Shown in pieces: positions 45,180 through 56,212 of a DNA stretch of 64,000 nucleotides (position 1 is the stretch's first letter; every line of letters starts with the position of its first letter). The stretch is from positions 620,001-684,000 of the forward strand of contig CAKKNE010000003.1 of assembly GCA_918797485.1 (NCBI GenBank), written 5' to 3'. A program made the translations under genes and the position numbers. The notes below the pieces were generated by a model that was not told where the DNA came from, did not search any database, and was given only the letters and a program-made list of their open reading frames with translations. This DNA comes from Pelagomonas calceolata (lineage: Eukaryota).

Positions 45180-48100
45180 ATGCCGAGCTTCCTGCGCCCA
45201 CTCGGCGACAACGCCGGCCAGCCGCTGACGCTACGGAAGCGGACGACGTCGCTGGGACGGGCCGAGGACAACGACGTGCAAGCTTTACCGAGAAGTGTCT
45301 CGGGCTACCACGCCGAGGTCGAGCTGCTCGATGGAGGCGGCGCCGTGCTCCATGATCGGGGCGCGGACGGTTCTGGATCTAGATTCGGGTCTTTCGTCGG
45401 TGACGACCACTTCACGGGCGGCTGGCGGGAGGTGTGCCACGGCGACATCATCCGGTTGGGCACCTTGCAGCACGGCGTCGCGTTCCGCTATGAAGAGTCG
45501 GAGGGCGCGCCACTCCCACCGCCTCCTAGACCAGAACAATTTATTACGGAGCCCGAGACGCTCCAGAACGCGGCCAAACGGGCGCTGCGGGAGCGTAATG
45601 GCTCACCAAAAGAAAGAGCTGTCAAGGACGAGGTGCCGGCTGCCGGTCGTAGATCAAAAACAGATGTTCCTGTATCTGTGTCCTACCAGGTCGCGGACGG
45701 CATTCGCGTCGACGACCAGAATAACAATTTGATCGGGCGTAATAGAATCAACACGTCGTATGATGATGACCTACCTCTGCGAGAACAGAAGCGCCAGGAG
45801 CTCGAGAAGGAGCGGTTGAGGTTAGAAGAAGAAAAACGGCAGCGCGACAACGAGAATAAATTAGCGCAGTTGCGGGAGAAGCGCAAACCTGTTAACGAAT
45901 CGTTGTCACCTCGAGGAGCTCCACTGAAACATTCTATAAGATATGAGGATCTAGAAGACGAGGCCCCGGAGCGGCCGTCGCAAGTACAGGAAGTAGACGA
46001 CGCGCCGTTCTCGCCACCGCTGCCGGACCCGCCCTCGCTACCTTCTCTGGCAGAACGGTTCGAGTCGCCGCGACTCCCTGCGGTTGTCCATCAAGGCTCC
46101 GTTTTGGTAGTCGAGGAAGAACAGCCACCGGCGCTACCGCCGAAAGAGCAAAACGCCGTCCTGGAAGCGAGGGAACGCGCCGCGGCGTCGATGCGGCGCT
46201 TGAACCAAGCGTTGGCCGGTGTGAGACCGTTCAGCGACCTGCAGAGCGACCTCGTACCGGGCCCGGCGCCCGCCGCCGGTGACGAGATCGAGGAGCTCCG
46301 TAGTAAAGTCCAGCAGCTGACCAACGGCATGGACGAATCATCTCGTGAAGAATTGAAGGCGTTGCAGGAGCAGATTTCCGCCCTCGCCCCGAAGGTCGAC
46401 GGGCTCGTGGCCAAGGAGGGTACCGGCGTCGATGTTCAGGAGCGCATGGAATCACTCAGGGAGGAGCTCTGTGCGGCTCTGCGGGATGACGTGCGCCAGA
46501 TGCTCAAGAAGGAGAAGGCGCGCGTCGAAGAGGACGAGCCGTCGACGGCCGCGCAACTCAGAGAGATGAAAGCGTCCATGGACCGCGACCGCAAGGAGCG
46601 GCGGCGCGAGCGCAAGCGCGACGACCACAACGCCCTCAAAGAAAAAGTGAACGAGGTGCTCCTGAGGCAGCAGATCGGCGGTGGAACGCGGCCCATGATC
46701 GGAGGTGGCGTGAACCTCGAGGAGCTCCAGGCCAACCTCGAGCAGCCCATGATCGACCTCCTCCAAAGGTTGGACGCGCTATCTACGGATGTCAAGTCCC
46801 TGAAGAATGGGACCCCGAAGAAGTTACAGGGCGAGCTCTCGGCCTATAAAAAAGCTGTTGCTGAATTGGCGTCGAAGGCGCCGTCGTCGGCGCCCAATGA
46901 CGAGCTGATCCACCGCATGCGCGCGCTCGAGGAGGAGGTCCGCCTCTTGCGGGAGGAGGATGTATCGCCTCCCACGCCGTATCGCACGGCTGTGGTAGAA
47001 GCTCCAGCTCCCAGGTTCCAGCCCGACGCGATCATGAGTCCCGCGAAGCCGCGACGAAGTTTAAGAGGCGTCGCGCGCGGCTTGGGCGCCTTCGGGCGGC
47101 GCTCGCAGGCGGGCGACGACTACCGGCGGGATCTAGCTGCTGTCAGGCGCGAGGTCGACGCGGCGCATGAAAGAATAGCCCAAGTCGACCCCCAGGCTTT
47201 CGAGAGGATGAAGAGCGACCTGGAGAAGTCTCATCGGGAGGCGGAACAGCGCCACGATTCGTTATTGAAAGCTCTGACGGCCAATCAGCCCATTGACGTA
47301 TCCGGTCTGAACGCCGGCGTGCAGAAAGCGCATCAACACGCCGTGGACCATCTCCAGAACATCCCCGGCGTTTCTGTGGAGGATGTCGACGCCGTGAAGA
47401 AGGTGCTCGAGACCGGTACTCATACCATGGAGCAGCGCCACGAGAACTTGTATGCGTACCAGGCGCCCGTGCCGGCGCCGTCCATGTCAGTCGTGCTGCA
47501 GGACCCCGTATCGCACGGCCAAGCGGCGACGTCCTACTGGTCGAAGCTCCGCGCGAACGTCCGCTTGGGCAAGGCTTCGGGTCAGGAAGTACAAAAAGAA
47601 CTACAGAAGCAGCGCGCTGCATTGGACAAACGCCTCGAGTCGGACAACGACCCTCATCTCCAAAGGTTGGACGAGGAATTGAGGAAGACGGAGCAGGCCG
47701 CCATTGCCACGCCGACGAAGCGCGCGGCGCTCCAACTCGCTTTTGACGCGTGCGACGGGAATGACGTGGAAGCCTACAAGGGAGCTTTGTCTGATGCATT
47801 GAAGGATCCGGCGACGGACATTAACGAGGTGCGCCAGCAAGTTGAAAGTTTAAATGATCCTATCCTCCGAGAAATGGTCCGGGCGCCACAAATAGCGCAG
47901 GACCGGCGGCGGTCGCTCTGTGCCGCGTTGAAGGCGGACCTCCGCGAGGACAATGATGATGCCAAGAGGAGGGCGGCCCGCGGCCTCAAGCTCTACGCGA
48001 AGGAGGCCCACGTCCAGCTGGTCGACGCGCCTCCGGAACTGCGAGAAAAGATCCGCACTGAAGTTAATTCCCTGATCGAAGTGGCGACGGGAGACGTCCG

Positions 48101-51100
48101 AGAAGGTTTATCTTTACTGTTAGAGGACTGTTCAGAAGTAGCGGCACCAGCAGCCGCCCCGGAATCCCGGAGGCTCGACGCGCTGGCCGACCTCCAGAAT
48201 GAGATGGCCGCAGTCGCCAACGGTGCAGATGCGTCTAAAGTAAAGCGCAAGTTCCGGGCCTACGCCAAGAGAGCTAGACTGGCGCACCGCGACGAGGTCG
48301 AGCGGGAGCTAGCTCAAATAAAAAGGCAGGTCGCGCAATGCGCCGAGGCCGAGGCGCCCGTCGCGGCCATTTCTGCTGCTTTAGATGAGTTCGACGCCAT
48401 CGCCGAGGCGCCGGCGCCCGCTTTAGAAAGAGAAACGACGTATGCCAAGGTCTTTGATGATCTGGAGACGTTGCGGCGGGAAGTGTCCAGTAAAACGAGA
48501 TCCGATGAAGCTGTTTCGGAAGCGGTGCGAGCGTTGGAGTCTCGATTACAAACCTACTTCGTATCCTTAAGGGCGGATGACGTCCAACCGGAGCGCGACG
48601 AGTCCGAGCTCGACGCGCTGCGAACTCAAGTCCGCGAGTTGAAGGCGGCACGCACGCTGGCGAAGTTCGGCTTCGGGAAGAAGCGCAAACCGACGAAGGC
48701 CAAGGAGGACGCGAAGACCCTGGATGCCTTGGACGCGAAGATCCAGGCGGTGCAGGCGGAGCTAAGGAGTGCTCGGCCCGTCGTCGAGGCGCCCGCGCCG
48801 CCTCCACTTGCATCGCCCGTGCGGCGCGTGCTGTCGGCTGCTTTACAGAATAACCAGGACGCGGCTCCCGCCGACGACGCGTCGGTGGCCAAGTCGGACG
48901 GCCTGAAAAGTGCATTGTTAGCGCAGGCCCAGGCCCTGTCCCAGCTGACGAACGAGATCCGCCAGGACCGTTCTTCGAAACGAGGCTCCTTCTCAGACAA
49001 ACCCCGGAGGCAGGCCTGGGGCGCGCCACAAGACGATCTTAACGAGCTGGAGGAACAATGTCTGCGACTGCTGGACGAGGACTACGGCACCTCGACGGAA
49101 CAACCCCTATCTTCCTTAGTAGAAGCCCTGCGTGCGTTACGAGCGGTTCAAGATCGAACGAAGGCGCGAGCCGAGCTGCGGTTGTTGCGCCAGCGGTCCG
49201 AAGAGCTGCGAAGGGTCTCGACGGGCATCGAACAGTACGACCACCTGTGTTCCCAAGTCGATGCGTTCGTCGATCAAATCCGCAAGTCCGTCAAGCGGCC
49301 GGTGCCGGCGATCCGGTTTTCTCAGGACGACCTCACTCCGCCCCACTCGCCATCACGTAGACGCTCCTTCGAGACGAGTCCGCCGCAATCTCCTACACGC
49401 TCGGAACTGTCCGTGACCTTCCGCGATGATAGATTCAGGCAGGACCGCTCGGAACGGCAACAACGGCTCACGGAGGACATCGAGGGCCAGGCGCGCTTAT
49501 TACAGGAGGAGCTGGCCCATGTCCGGGAGGACAACTGTGCCACGGCGATTGATGTTATACGAGGTTTACACGACTTGGTCGACCAATTGAAGGCGCCTCA
49601 TTCCTTGCGTGATCTCGCGGCTCAGTTACGGGATCATGCGGACTTTATCCGGGAAGAACTCCAGCACTCGTCGTCAGCCGAAGAAGATGAATATAGGGAA
49701 GGGTTGAGGACCCTTGAGAATTTAGTGATACAACAATTGCGAAGTCTGCAAGCGACCCCGTCGCCGTCGGAACGCGCCTTGCACCAACAGCTCAAGCAGC
49801 ACCAGGGGAACTTGTCGGAAGCCATGGGCTATCTACGAGAAAGTACGGCGCGAGACACGGCGGCCGACGAGTTGCGCGCCTTGAATTCGAAAGTAGGGGT
49901 CCTGGCGCATTCGCACTCCGAGACCAGTGAACGTACTGTGCGAGCGGTGGACGCGGCCCTAGCGAAGCACGCCGAGCGATTGGAGAGGGCCCAAGTCCCC
50001 TTGAACGACGTCCACTCTCGTAGAGAGCTAGATGATCTACGACATTTGGTGGACGCGGCTCGGAGCCATGTGGGCGAAGCGACAGAAAGACAAATTAGTA
50101 GACACGCCCAAGCGTTGCGCGAGGAGATGGCCCAGACCATAAGGAACGCGCGCCACAAGGAAAGAGTACAGAATGAACTGAAAGAGTTGAAAGCACAAGT
50201 GTCGGCATTGCAAATGAACCCTCGAGATGCGTCTACGTTGTTAAGGGACTTCAAGAAGCAGTTGTCGGATCATGTCGAGCAGATCGCCGATAAGTTAGCA
50301 CGAACGCAGAACCAGGAGACGCGCGGGCACCTGCACGAAGTGCGATCGGAGCTGAAGTCGGTCCAAGCCCTCGCGTCGACCAATTCCTTGGAACAATCTA
50401 TCGCTAGGCATGCGTCCCAACTACGAAGCGAGCTGAATCAGAACAACGCGCGGGAGGCGGCGGACGAGGTGCGGCTGCTGAAGGATCGCCTGTCGAAGGT
50501 CGACTCTGTGCCTTCGACACTGGAAGTTCAGTTGAGAGAGCACTACCAGCAAGTATCGGAGGCGCTGCGGCGGAACCATGATTCTGATTTACAACAACTG
50601 AAAGTGGAGCTGAAGGAGTTGCGGGAGCAACTGAAAAGACCGGTCGACGATCATCGCATGAATAAACTCGAGCAGAGGATGGAGGCCCACGCTACCGCTC
50701 TCAGAGATGATTTCCGGCGGTTGCGGGAGGACGGCGTGTCGCAACGGACGCAACTCGAGATCCAGGGTCTGCGGGATACTTGTGCCGAACTAAGTTCCTA
50801 TCGCAAGGAGATGCCCGATACATTACGAAGAGAATTACAGCAGCACTCGGAGGTCATTCAAGGTAAGACAGAGTTTAGTGAGTTAAGGAAGGAGTTGCAA
50901 GCGGTCCGCGAGTTATGCGGGTCTACTCAGAGAAACTTAGAACAAGCCATCCAGCAGCACGCCGTGGCCTTGCGCGACGAGATGCGCCATCTACGTGAAA
51001 GTAGTGGTGCTCGTGGTCGTGCGGGTGACGAATTGAGGGCTTTGAGGGACAAGGTGCGCGAGACGACGAATGACGACGTCGTCCGGAACCTGGAGCGACA

Positions 51101-53756
51101 ACTGGCCCAGCACGCTTCTAGAGTTGAGAGAGCTCAAGAAACAGCTGACAGAGAGGTGAAAAGTGAACTGAAGGCTCTGGGGGAGCGCATCGAAGCTGTT
51201 AGAAACGCCGCGCAAACCAGAGAGTCTCTACAGCAAAATGTCGAAGCGAACGCGCAGTTACTGAGGGAGGAATTGCGGTCGCTGAAAGTGAATAATGACA
51301 CAATCAACGCCCTGAAATCTCAAGTCGAGGAGCTCCGGCACCGCGGCGAGCACGGCCTCATGGAACGGTTATCGTCCGAGCTCGGGAGTCATACGCAATC
51401 ATTGAAGGAGGCTATTTTGTCTGGGCAAGGTGGTTCGGAGTTGAGGGACCTCCAGAGGCAATTGCTCGAGCTGCGGGAAGCGTCGAAGCGGGACCTCGAA
51501 CTGATCATCGCCCGAACGCCCAAAAAAGAGGACATCTCGTCGCTCATCGAGGAGAAGACCTCAGCTCTCAAAGAAGACATCACGCGCATGCGCGACTCCT
51601 TCGCGCGGGATGCTGCGTCCGACGAAGTGCGGGCGCTGAACGAGACGGTCCGCGACCTGAAACAGCGGTCGTCCGCGGACGATTTGAAGCTGCAGCGGCT
51701 CGAGGAGCGATTGAGGGCGGCGGACTCTTCTCACGTCGTACAGAACACCCAGTTGGATCAGTTGAGGGAAGAAGTCAAGCGCCAGCTGTCGGCGCGGCGG
51801 GACGAGTCCGTCGAAGCGAAGCTTGCGGAGCACGCTTCACGTCTGCGGGAGGAGCTCCAGCATGCATTGTCCGGAGCGGCGAACAACACGTCCACTGAGT
51901 TGAAGAGCCTGGCCGCGAAGATCTCGTCCCTCGAGAGCGGTGGTGATAAAGTAGCGGCGGCGTTATCTTCGCTAGAGAAGCAGCTCAGCGGCCATTCCAA
52001 AGCATTGCAGGACACGGATCTCACGACTTTAAGAAGGGAGGTCGAAGCCGTGAGGGCCGACGCCGCGCGTGTCCGTGAGGACAGGTTCCAAACGCTGCAA
52101 CGGCAGATCGACGGGAATTCGGCCCAGGCCCAGTTCCTCGAGACGCAGAAGCAGTTGAATGACGTCAAAGAACGTTTTGAGGCGAAGGACAAGAGCATCG
52201 AAAAGCTGTCGAAGGAGCTTTCCGAGTTGCGACGCGCGAAAGAAAACGAAGCGCAAGCGGCCCAAAGGGCCGAGAAATTAGCTTTGGAACAGTCGGTCAA
52301 ACAGAGGGACGCGGAGATCGAGTCGCTCAGGAAGCAGTTGTCGGAGGACGATCTGAGCACGCCGCGCGACCGGGGGGCGCTGTTCGCGTTGCGACGCCAG
52401 TTGGCTCGAGCATCTAGAAGAGATGCGAGGAGGTTAAGAAGGGACCTGGATGATTTGCGAAGAGTAAGGGCGGCGGACGCGCGGGCAGCTCAAAGCGCTT
52501 TGAACGAGATCGCCCGAAGTCTGTCGGGCGCGCCGGCGCCGGCGCCGTCCTTGCGACGTGATTTAGCGGAGTTGAGAGAAGCTCAAAAGCGCGACGCCGA
52601 CATTTCGAGGAGGGCCATCGACCAGATCGAACGGCATTTGGACGGCACCGCCGTCGCCGAGGCGCCGGCGCCGGCCGACCTCGATTCCATCGCGAGGCAG
52701 GGTGATAGGGCTTTCGAGAACGCGAATCTCGATGCGGTGCGACGGCGGCTGCGAGAACTCGCGGAGGCGGCGCAGCGCGGTTCCATGCGAGCGGATCGGC
52801 TCGAAAGAGATGCATTGCGACGGTTGAGCGACAAGGCAGAGAACAGCGAACTGTTGGACGCCGTCTTAGATCAGGTACAAACTTTGAATCAGGCGGTCTT
52901 CACGCCGAGGTCTGATGAAGAGGACACGCCGCGAACAGACGCTCTCAGAAGGCTGACGTCCATCGGTCGGCGGGACGAGCTCGCCGACCTAAGAAAAGAG
53001 GTCGAGCGCCTGAAGCAAACGTCGGTGATCGGTGACGACATGGCGCGCGACGACACGGATCCGGAACGGGACCGAGCGTTAATACGCTCGTTGCGGAGGC
53101 AATTGGTACGGAGCGACGCGGAGCGCGATAGGGCCGTGCGGTCATTAGCTCGGAATGCGAAGGGCGCCGACGCCGTCAATAACTACGCCGAGAAGCAGAG
53201 GGAAGCGCTTACGAAACTTGAGCACGAAATTGATATATGGCGGGAGCGGGCCGAAAACAGTGAAAGGAACTGGGCCCAGCTCGTCCAGGAGCGCGACGCG
53301 GCGTTGAATGCCGCTCAACGTGAAGCGGAGGCTTCGGCGTTGCGAGACGAGCAGTGGGCGGAGCAGCTTCAGGAGCGGGACTTGCGGGTCGAAGAATTGG
53401 CGACGCAACTGGCGGAGCTTGAGGAGGGCGGGTCGGCTGCCGAGGCCGCTAGAGCGTTACGCGACGCTCTGTTGGAGCAGCAGGCGGCGGATCTTAATAG
53501 GATGAGAGCCGCGGCGGCTCGAGCGCGCGAGGCGCTCGCGGAGAGAGATGCCGTCGAGCGGCGCGCCGGAGACGCCGACGGCGCCGCCTGGCGCGCGACC
53601 GCTCAGATGAATCAGACTAAATTGCTGGCGGCACAGGCCGCGCAGGGCTCGGTCGGCGACGTCGTGGCCGCGCGCGCGGACGCGGACCGGCTCAATCTCG
53701 AATTGGCTAAAACGTTGTCGTCGACGACGCGGAGCGGCGTGCTGCGGGCGAGGTGA
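45180..53756 (+). CDS. Giant (2858 aa) protein with an N-terminal FHA domain and extended coiled coil
   Basis: SLGRAEDND...SVSGYHA...SRFGSFV...GDIIRLG is an FHA pattern; the rest is heptad-rich; uninterrupted ORF. Confidence 0.85.
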   Translation: MPSFLRPLGDNAGQPLTLRKRTTSLGRAEDNDVQALPRSVSGYHAEVELLDGGGAVLHDRGADGSGSRFGSFVGDDHFTGGWREVCHGDIIRLGTLQHGVAFRYEESEGAPLPPPPRPEQFITEPETLQNAAKRALRERNGSPKERAVKDEVPAAGRRSKTDVPVSVSYQVADGIRVDDQNNNLIGRNRINTSYDDDLPLREQKRQELEKERLRLEEEKRQRDNENKLAQLREKRKPVNESLSPRGAPLKHSIRYEDLEDEAPERPSQVQEVDDAPFSPPLPDPPSLPSLAERFESPRLPAVVHQGSVLVVEEEQPPALPPKEQNAVLEARERAAASMRRLNQALAGVRPFSDLQSDLVPGPAPAAGDEIEELRSKVQQLTNGMDESSREELKALQEQISALAPKVDGLVAKEGTGVDVQERMESLREELCAALRDDVRQMLKKEKARVEEDEPSTAAQLREMKASMDRDRKERRRERKRDDHNALKEKVNEVLLRQQIGGGTRPMIGGGVNLEELQANLEQPMIDLLQRLDALSTDVKSLKNGTPKKLQGELSAYKKAVAELASKAPSSAPNDELIHRMRALEEEVRLLREEDVSPPTPYRTAVVEAPAPRFQPDAIMSPAKPRRSLRGVARGLGAFGRRSQAGDDYRRDLAAVRREVDAAHERIAQVDPQAFERMKSDLEKSHREAEQRHDSLLKALTANQPIDVSGLNAGVQKAHQHAVDHLQNIPGVSVEDVDAVKKVLETGTHTMEQRHENLYAYQAPVPAPSMSVVLQDPVSHGQAATSYWSKLRANVRLGKASGQEVQKELQKQRAALDKRLESDNDPHLQRLDEELRKTEQAAIATPTKRAALQLAFDACDGNDVEAYKGALSDALKDPATDINEVRQQVESLNDPILREMVRAPQIAQDRRRSLCAALKADLREDNDDAKRRAARGLKLYAKEAHVQLVDAPPELREKIRTEVNSLIEVATGDVREGLSLLLEDCSEVAAPAAAPESRRLDALADLQNEMAAVANGADASKVKRKFRAYAKRARLAHRDEVERELAQIKRQVAQCAEAEAPVAAISAALDEFDAIAEAPAPALERETTYAKVFDDLETLRREVSSKTRSDEAVSEAVRALESRLQTYFVSLRADDVQPERDESELDALRTQVRELKAARTLAKFGFGKKRKPTKAKEDAKTLDALDAKIQAVQAELRSARPVVEAPAPPPLASPVRRVLSAALQNNQDAAPADDASVAKSDGLKSALLAQAQALSQLTNEIRQDRSSKRGSFSDKPRRQAWGAPQDDLNELEEQCLRLLDEDYGTSTEQPLSSLVEALRALRAVQDRTKARAELRLLRQRSEELRRVSTGIEQYDHLCSQVDAFVDQIRKSVKRPVPAIRFSQDDLTPPHSPSRRRSFETSPPQSPTRSELSVTFRDDRFRQDRSERQQRLTEDIEGQARLLQEELAHVREDNCATAIDVIRGLHDLVDQLKAPHSLRDLAAQLRDHADFIREELQHSSSAEEDEYREGLRTLENLVIQQLRSLQATPSPSERALHQQLKQHQGNLSEAMGYLRESTARDTAADELRALNSKVGVLAHSHSETSERTVRAVDAALAKHAERLERAQVPLNDVHSRRELDDLRHLVDAARSHVGEATERQISRHAQALREEMAQTIRNARHKERVQNELKELKAQVSALQMNPRDASTLLRDFKKQLSDHVEQIADKLARTQNQETRGHLHEVRSELKSVQALASTNSLEQSIARHASQLRSELNQNNAREAADEVRLLKDRLSKVDSVPSTLEVQLREHYQQVSEALRRNHDSDLQQLKVELKELREQLKRPVDDHRMNKLEQRMEAHATALRDDFRRLREDGVSQRTQLEIQGLRDTCAELSSYRKEMPDTLRRELQQHSEVIQGKTEFSELRKELQAVRELCGSTQRNLEQAIQQHAVALRDEMRHLRESSGARGRAGDELRALRDKVRETTNDDVVRNLERQLAQHASRVERAQETADREVKSELKALGERIEAVRNAAQTRESLQQNVEANAQLLREELRSLKVNNDTINALKSQVEELRHRGEHGLMERLSSELGSHTQSLKEAILSGQGGSELRDLQRQLLELREASKRDLELIIARTPKKEDISSLIEEKTSALKEDITRMRDSFARDAASDEVRALNETVRDLKQRSSADDLKLQRLEERLRAADSSHVVQNTQLDQLREEVKRQLSARRDESVEAKLAEHASRLREELQHALSGAANNTSTELKSLAAKISSLESGGDKVAAALSSLEKQLSGHSKALQDTDLTTLRREVEAVRADAARVREDRFQTLQRQIDGNSAQAQFLETQKQLNDVKERFEAKDKSIEKLSKELSELRRAKENEAQAAQRAEKLALEQSVKQRDAEIESLRKQLSEDDLSTPRDRGALFALRRQLARASRRDARRLRRDLDDLRRVRAADARAAQSALNEIARSLSGAPAPAPSLRRDLAELREAQKRDADISRRAIDQIERHLDGTAVAEAPAPADLDSIARQGDRAFENANLDAVRRRLRELAEAAQRGSMRADRLERDALRRLSDKAENSELLDAVLDQVQTLNQAVFTPRSDEEDTPRTDALRRLTSIGRRDELADLRKEVERLKQTSVIGDDMARDDTDPERDRALIRSLRRQLVRSDAERDRAVRSLARNAKGADAVNNYAEKQREALTKLEHEIDIWRERAENSERNWAQLVQERDAALNAAQREAEASALRDEQWAEQLQERDLRVEELATQLAELEEGGSAAEAARALRDALLEQQAADLNRMRAAAARAREALAERDAVERRAGDADGAAWRATAQMNQTKLLAAQAAQGSVGDVVAARADADRLNLELAKTLSSTTRSGVLRAR

Positions 53757-53765
53757 CATACTAAG

Positions 53766-53875
53766 TAGATTTACAGTCCACATCTTATGACAGCGCCCCC
53801 AGCATACCCTCGAAGTCGGGTAGATTTACAGTCCACATCTTATGACAGCGCCCCCAACACATCCTCGAAGTCGGG
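53766..53875. repeat. 55-bp tandem duplication covering the last codons, stop codon and start of the 3' UTR of the minus-strand gene
   Basis: TAGATTTACAGTCCACATCTTATGACAGCGCCCCCA...CCTCGAAGTCGGG at 53766 and 53821. Confidence 0.9.
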
Positions 53876-54799
53876 CAGGTCGCACAACCCTCGGTCGAGC
53901 CACGCGTACTCGGGCTCGCCGCCGGCGCCGACGACGACCATGCCTCCGAGCTGCGTGAGGCACCGCGGGTCCTTCGGTCCCAGTTCGCCATACCGTGAGA
54001 TCTGCATGATCAGGTTCTGCAGGCGCATCGTCGCCAACTCGAAGGGCCGCACGCCCCAGTCACTGGCGAGTGGCGTGTCGTCGAACCGGTTCTTCGCGAT
54101 GGAGCCGTCGGCGGCGAGCTCGAGCGGTTGGGGAAAACGGCCCGCGCGTTGCGCCTGCTGCATACACGCCTCAATCCAATCCCGCTTCCCGCTCGGAGCT
54201 CCCACGTAGCCGCGGAGCACGGGTAGGAGCGTGCCCCACGGCGGACCGAGGCCGATGCCGACGACGAAGAGCTTCACGTAGGGGCTCAGTGCGTCGTCGT
54301 CGGGCCGGAAGCCGCGGCTCACGCCGAACTTGCGCCCGGCCTCGCCCGTGGGGTCGGAGAAGAGTTCCACGTCGTCCGGCACGTCTAATAACTCGGCGAG
54401 CATCCGGCACTGCGCCGCGTCCGCGTTGAGGACGCAGGCGACTCTGCTTACTCCCGCGTCGCGCAGCCGCGGGAGGTAGAAGCGTACCTTTTGTAAGTAC
54501 TCGATGGCGTTGAAATCCTGTGCAAAAATCAACCATTGAGAGTCAAGTCGATTGAGTCGTGCGCGGAGACCTGTCGCGACATTTGATTCACGTGCACTGG
54601 CGCGAGCAGCCGCGTGCGTCCCGAAGCACAGCAACGTCCGGTCCGTCGTCGCCGCGAGCGCGTTGCCGAGGTGCACCGAGGCGCCGTCGCTGACGCGCGG
54701 CAGCGTGATATCGAGCGCTTGCGCGGGTCGCGCCGGTTGCAACGGGACGACGAGCGCTGCTCCAGTGCTGCACAGCAGTGCAGTGATTGCGGAACGCAT
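53840..54799 (-). CDS. Thioredoxin/AhpC-TSA-like protein with a signal-like N-terminus; probable in-frame intron at 54518-54607
   Basis: GTHAA|DFNAIEYLQK, LFSDPTGEAGRKFG, RPFELATMRLQN and LTQLGG...YAWLDRG. Confidence 0.7.
   Translation of the reverse strand: MRSAITALLCSTGAALVVPLQPARPAQALDITLPRVSDGASVHLGNALAATTDRTLLCFGTHAAARASARESNVATGLRARLNRLDSQWLIFAQDFNAIEYLQKVRFYLPRLRDAGVSRVACVLNADAAQCRMLAELLDVPDDVELFSDPTGEAGRKFGVSRGFRPDDDALSPYVKLFVVGIGLGPPWGTLLPVLRGYVGAPSGKRDWIEACMQQAQRAGRFPQPLELAADGSIAKNRFDDTPLASDWGVRPFELATMRLQNLIMQISRYGELGPKDPRCLTQLGGMVVVGAGGEPEYAWLDRGLCDLPDFEDVLGALS
54518..54607 (-). mobile_element. Introner-like intron (GC-AG, 90 bp, in frame with no stop codon)
   Basis: 8 nt followed by CAGTGCACGTGAATCAA ... 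GGTTGATTTTTGCACAG, the same end type as the 358-458 element; target duplication not recognisable. Confidence 0.7.
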
Positions 54800-54916
54800 G
54801 GCTGCCTGCTCGCACAGTTTGCGCAGCACACACGTTGCACTGCTACGCGCACGTCTGCACGCAATTATGTGCAGGCTTAAGCTCGCGACGTGGCCGTAGT
54901 TGACGCGCCGCGATTA

Positions 54917-54939
54917 GCTAGCGGCATGTAGACACTAGC
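54917..54939 (+). promoter_or_regulatory. Conserved intergenic motif, copy 7
   Basis: GCTAGCGGCATGTAGACACTAGC, between divergent genes. Confidence 0.65.
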
Positions 54940-55010
54940 AAGACAAAGGCGCCTAGGCACATAGCTAAAACAAAGCCGCGCGAGCTCAAAACGCTCCAGC
55001 GACAAGTAGA

Positions 55011-56174
55011 ATGATCCTCACAAACTGCGCCGCCTGCGCTGCCCCGCTCCCACACCCGGCGAAGCAATGCAGCCGCTGCAAGACCCTCTACTGCGGTCCA
55101 GCTTGCCAAAAGCAGCACTGGGACGGCGGGCACAAAGACCTCTGCAAAAAAATAAAAAAAACAGGCGGCGCTGAGCCGTACAACGCAAATAAGAAGTACT
55201 CGGAGGCGGTCACGGTCGCGGTCGAGAAGTGCGCGGACGATACGAAGGGCCAGACTTGCTTCATCTGCACGCAGGCCCTCCACTGGAAAACGAAGGAGGG
55301 CCTCGTACGCGGGTGCGCGTGCCGCGGGACGGCGGGCCTCGCGCATGTTTCGTGCTTGGCGGAGCAGGCGAAGATTTTGTACGCGGAGTCCGAGGAGAAC
55401 AATTTGACCTTTAAGGTGCAGAATGAGAGGTGGAAACGGTGGTACTCGTGTAGCTTGTGCGAGCAAGATTACCACGGCGTCGTGCGGTGCGCACTCGGGT
55501 GGGCGTGCTGGAAGACGTACGTTGGTCGGCCGGAGGCGGACTGGGCTCGGGGAGCCGCGATGACGGAGCTGGGACTCGGTCTATCCGCCGTATACCAGCA
55601 CGAGGATGCGTTGTCCGTGGGAGAGGCCGAGTTGTCTACGCTGCGGCGCCTTGGCGGTACACCAGACAACATTCTTTCCGTGATGAGCAATCTTGCGTGC
55701 ACGTATGAACTGATTGGACGAAGTAACGAGGCCCTGTCCCTGCGAAAAGATGTATACTCTGGACGTTTGAAGCTCGACGGCGAGGAAGATATCCTCAACG
55801 CAGCCAACAACTACGCGACGTCCCTTGCTGCGCTAAAGCGCTTCGAAGAAGCCAAGTCGCTGATGCGCAAAACGGTTCCCAAGGCGCGAGGCGTTCTCGG
55901 AGAGGCTCATGAGATCACGCTCGGCATGATGCAGAATTATGCGATGGCGCTCTACATGGACGATGGCGCCACGCTCGACGATCTCCGCGAAGCCGTGACG
56001 ACGCTCGAAGAGACAGGACAGATGAGGCGGCGCGTGTTTGGTGGCGCGCACCCGCTCACACAGAACCTTGAGCGCGGCCTGCGAAAGGCGCGAGCCGTGC
56101 TCCGCGCCCGCGAAGGAGACGACGTGAGCTCCGTCTGCGACGCGGTGGAAAAGATGACGCCGGGCGACGCGTAG
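55011..56174 (+). CDS. MYND zinc finger + RINGv-like finger + TPR-like repeats
   Basis: CAAC...CSRCKTLYCGPACQKQHW..GHKDLC; CFIC...GCACRGTAGLAHVSCL...CSLC; LGEAHEITL and FGGAHPLT repeats. Confidence 0.85.
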   Translation: MILTNCAACAAPLPHPAKQCSRCKTLYCGPACQKQHWDGGHKDLCKKIKKTGGAEPYNANKKYSEAVTVAVEKCADDTKGQTCFICTQALHWKTKEGLVRGCACRGTAGLAHVSCLAEQAKILYAESEENNLTFKVQNERWKRWYSCSLCEQDYHGVVRCALGWACWKTYVGRPEADWARGAAMTELGLGLSAVYQHEDALSVGEAELSTLRRLGGTPDNILSVMSNLACTYELIGRSNEALSLRKDVYSGRLKLDGEEDILNAANNYATSLAALKRFEEAKSLMRKTVPKARGVLGEAHEITLGMMQNYAMALYMDDGATLDDLREAVTTLEETGQMRRRVFGGAHPLTQNLERGLRKARAVLRAREGDDVSSVCDAVEKMTPGDA

Positions 56175-56212
56175 TAAAAACGACAAACAAAAACCCTAGT
56201 ACAACACAAAAC

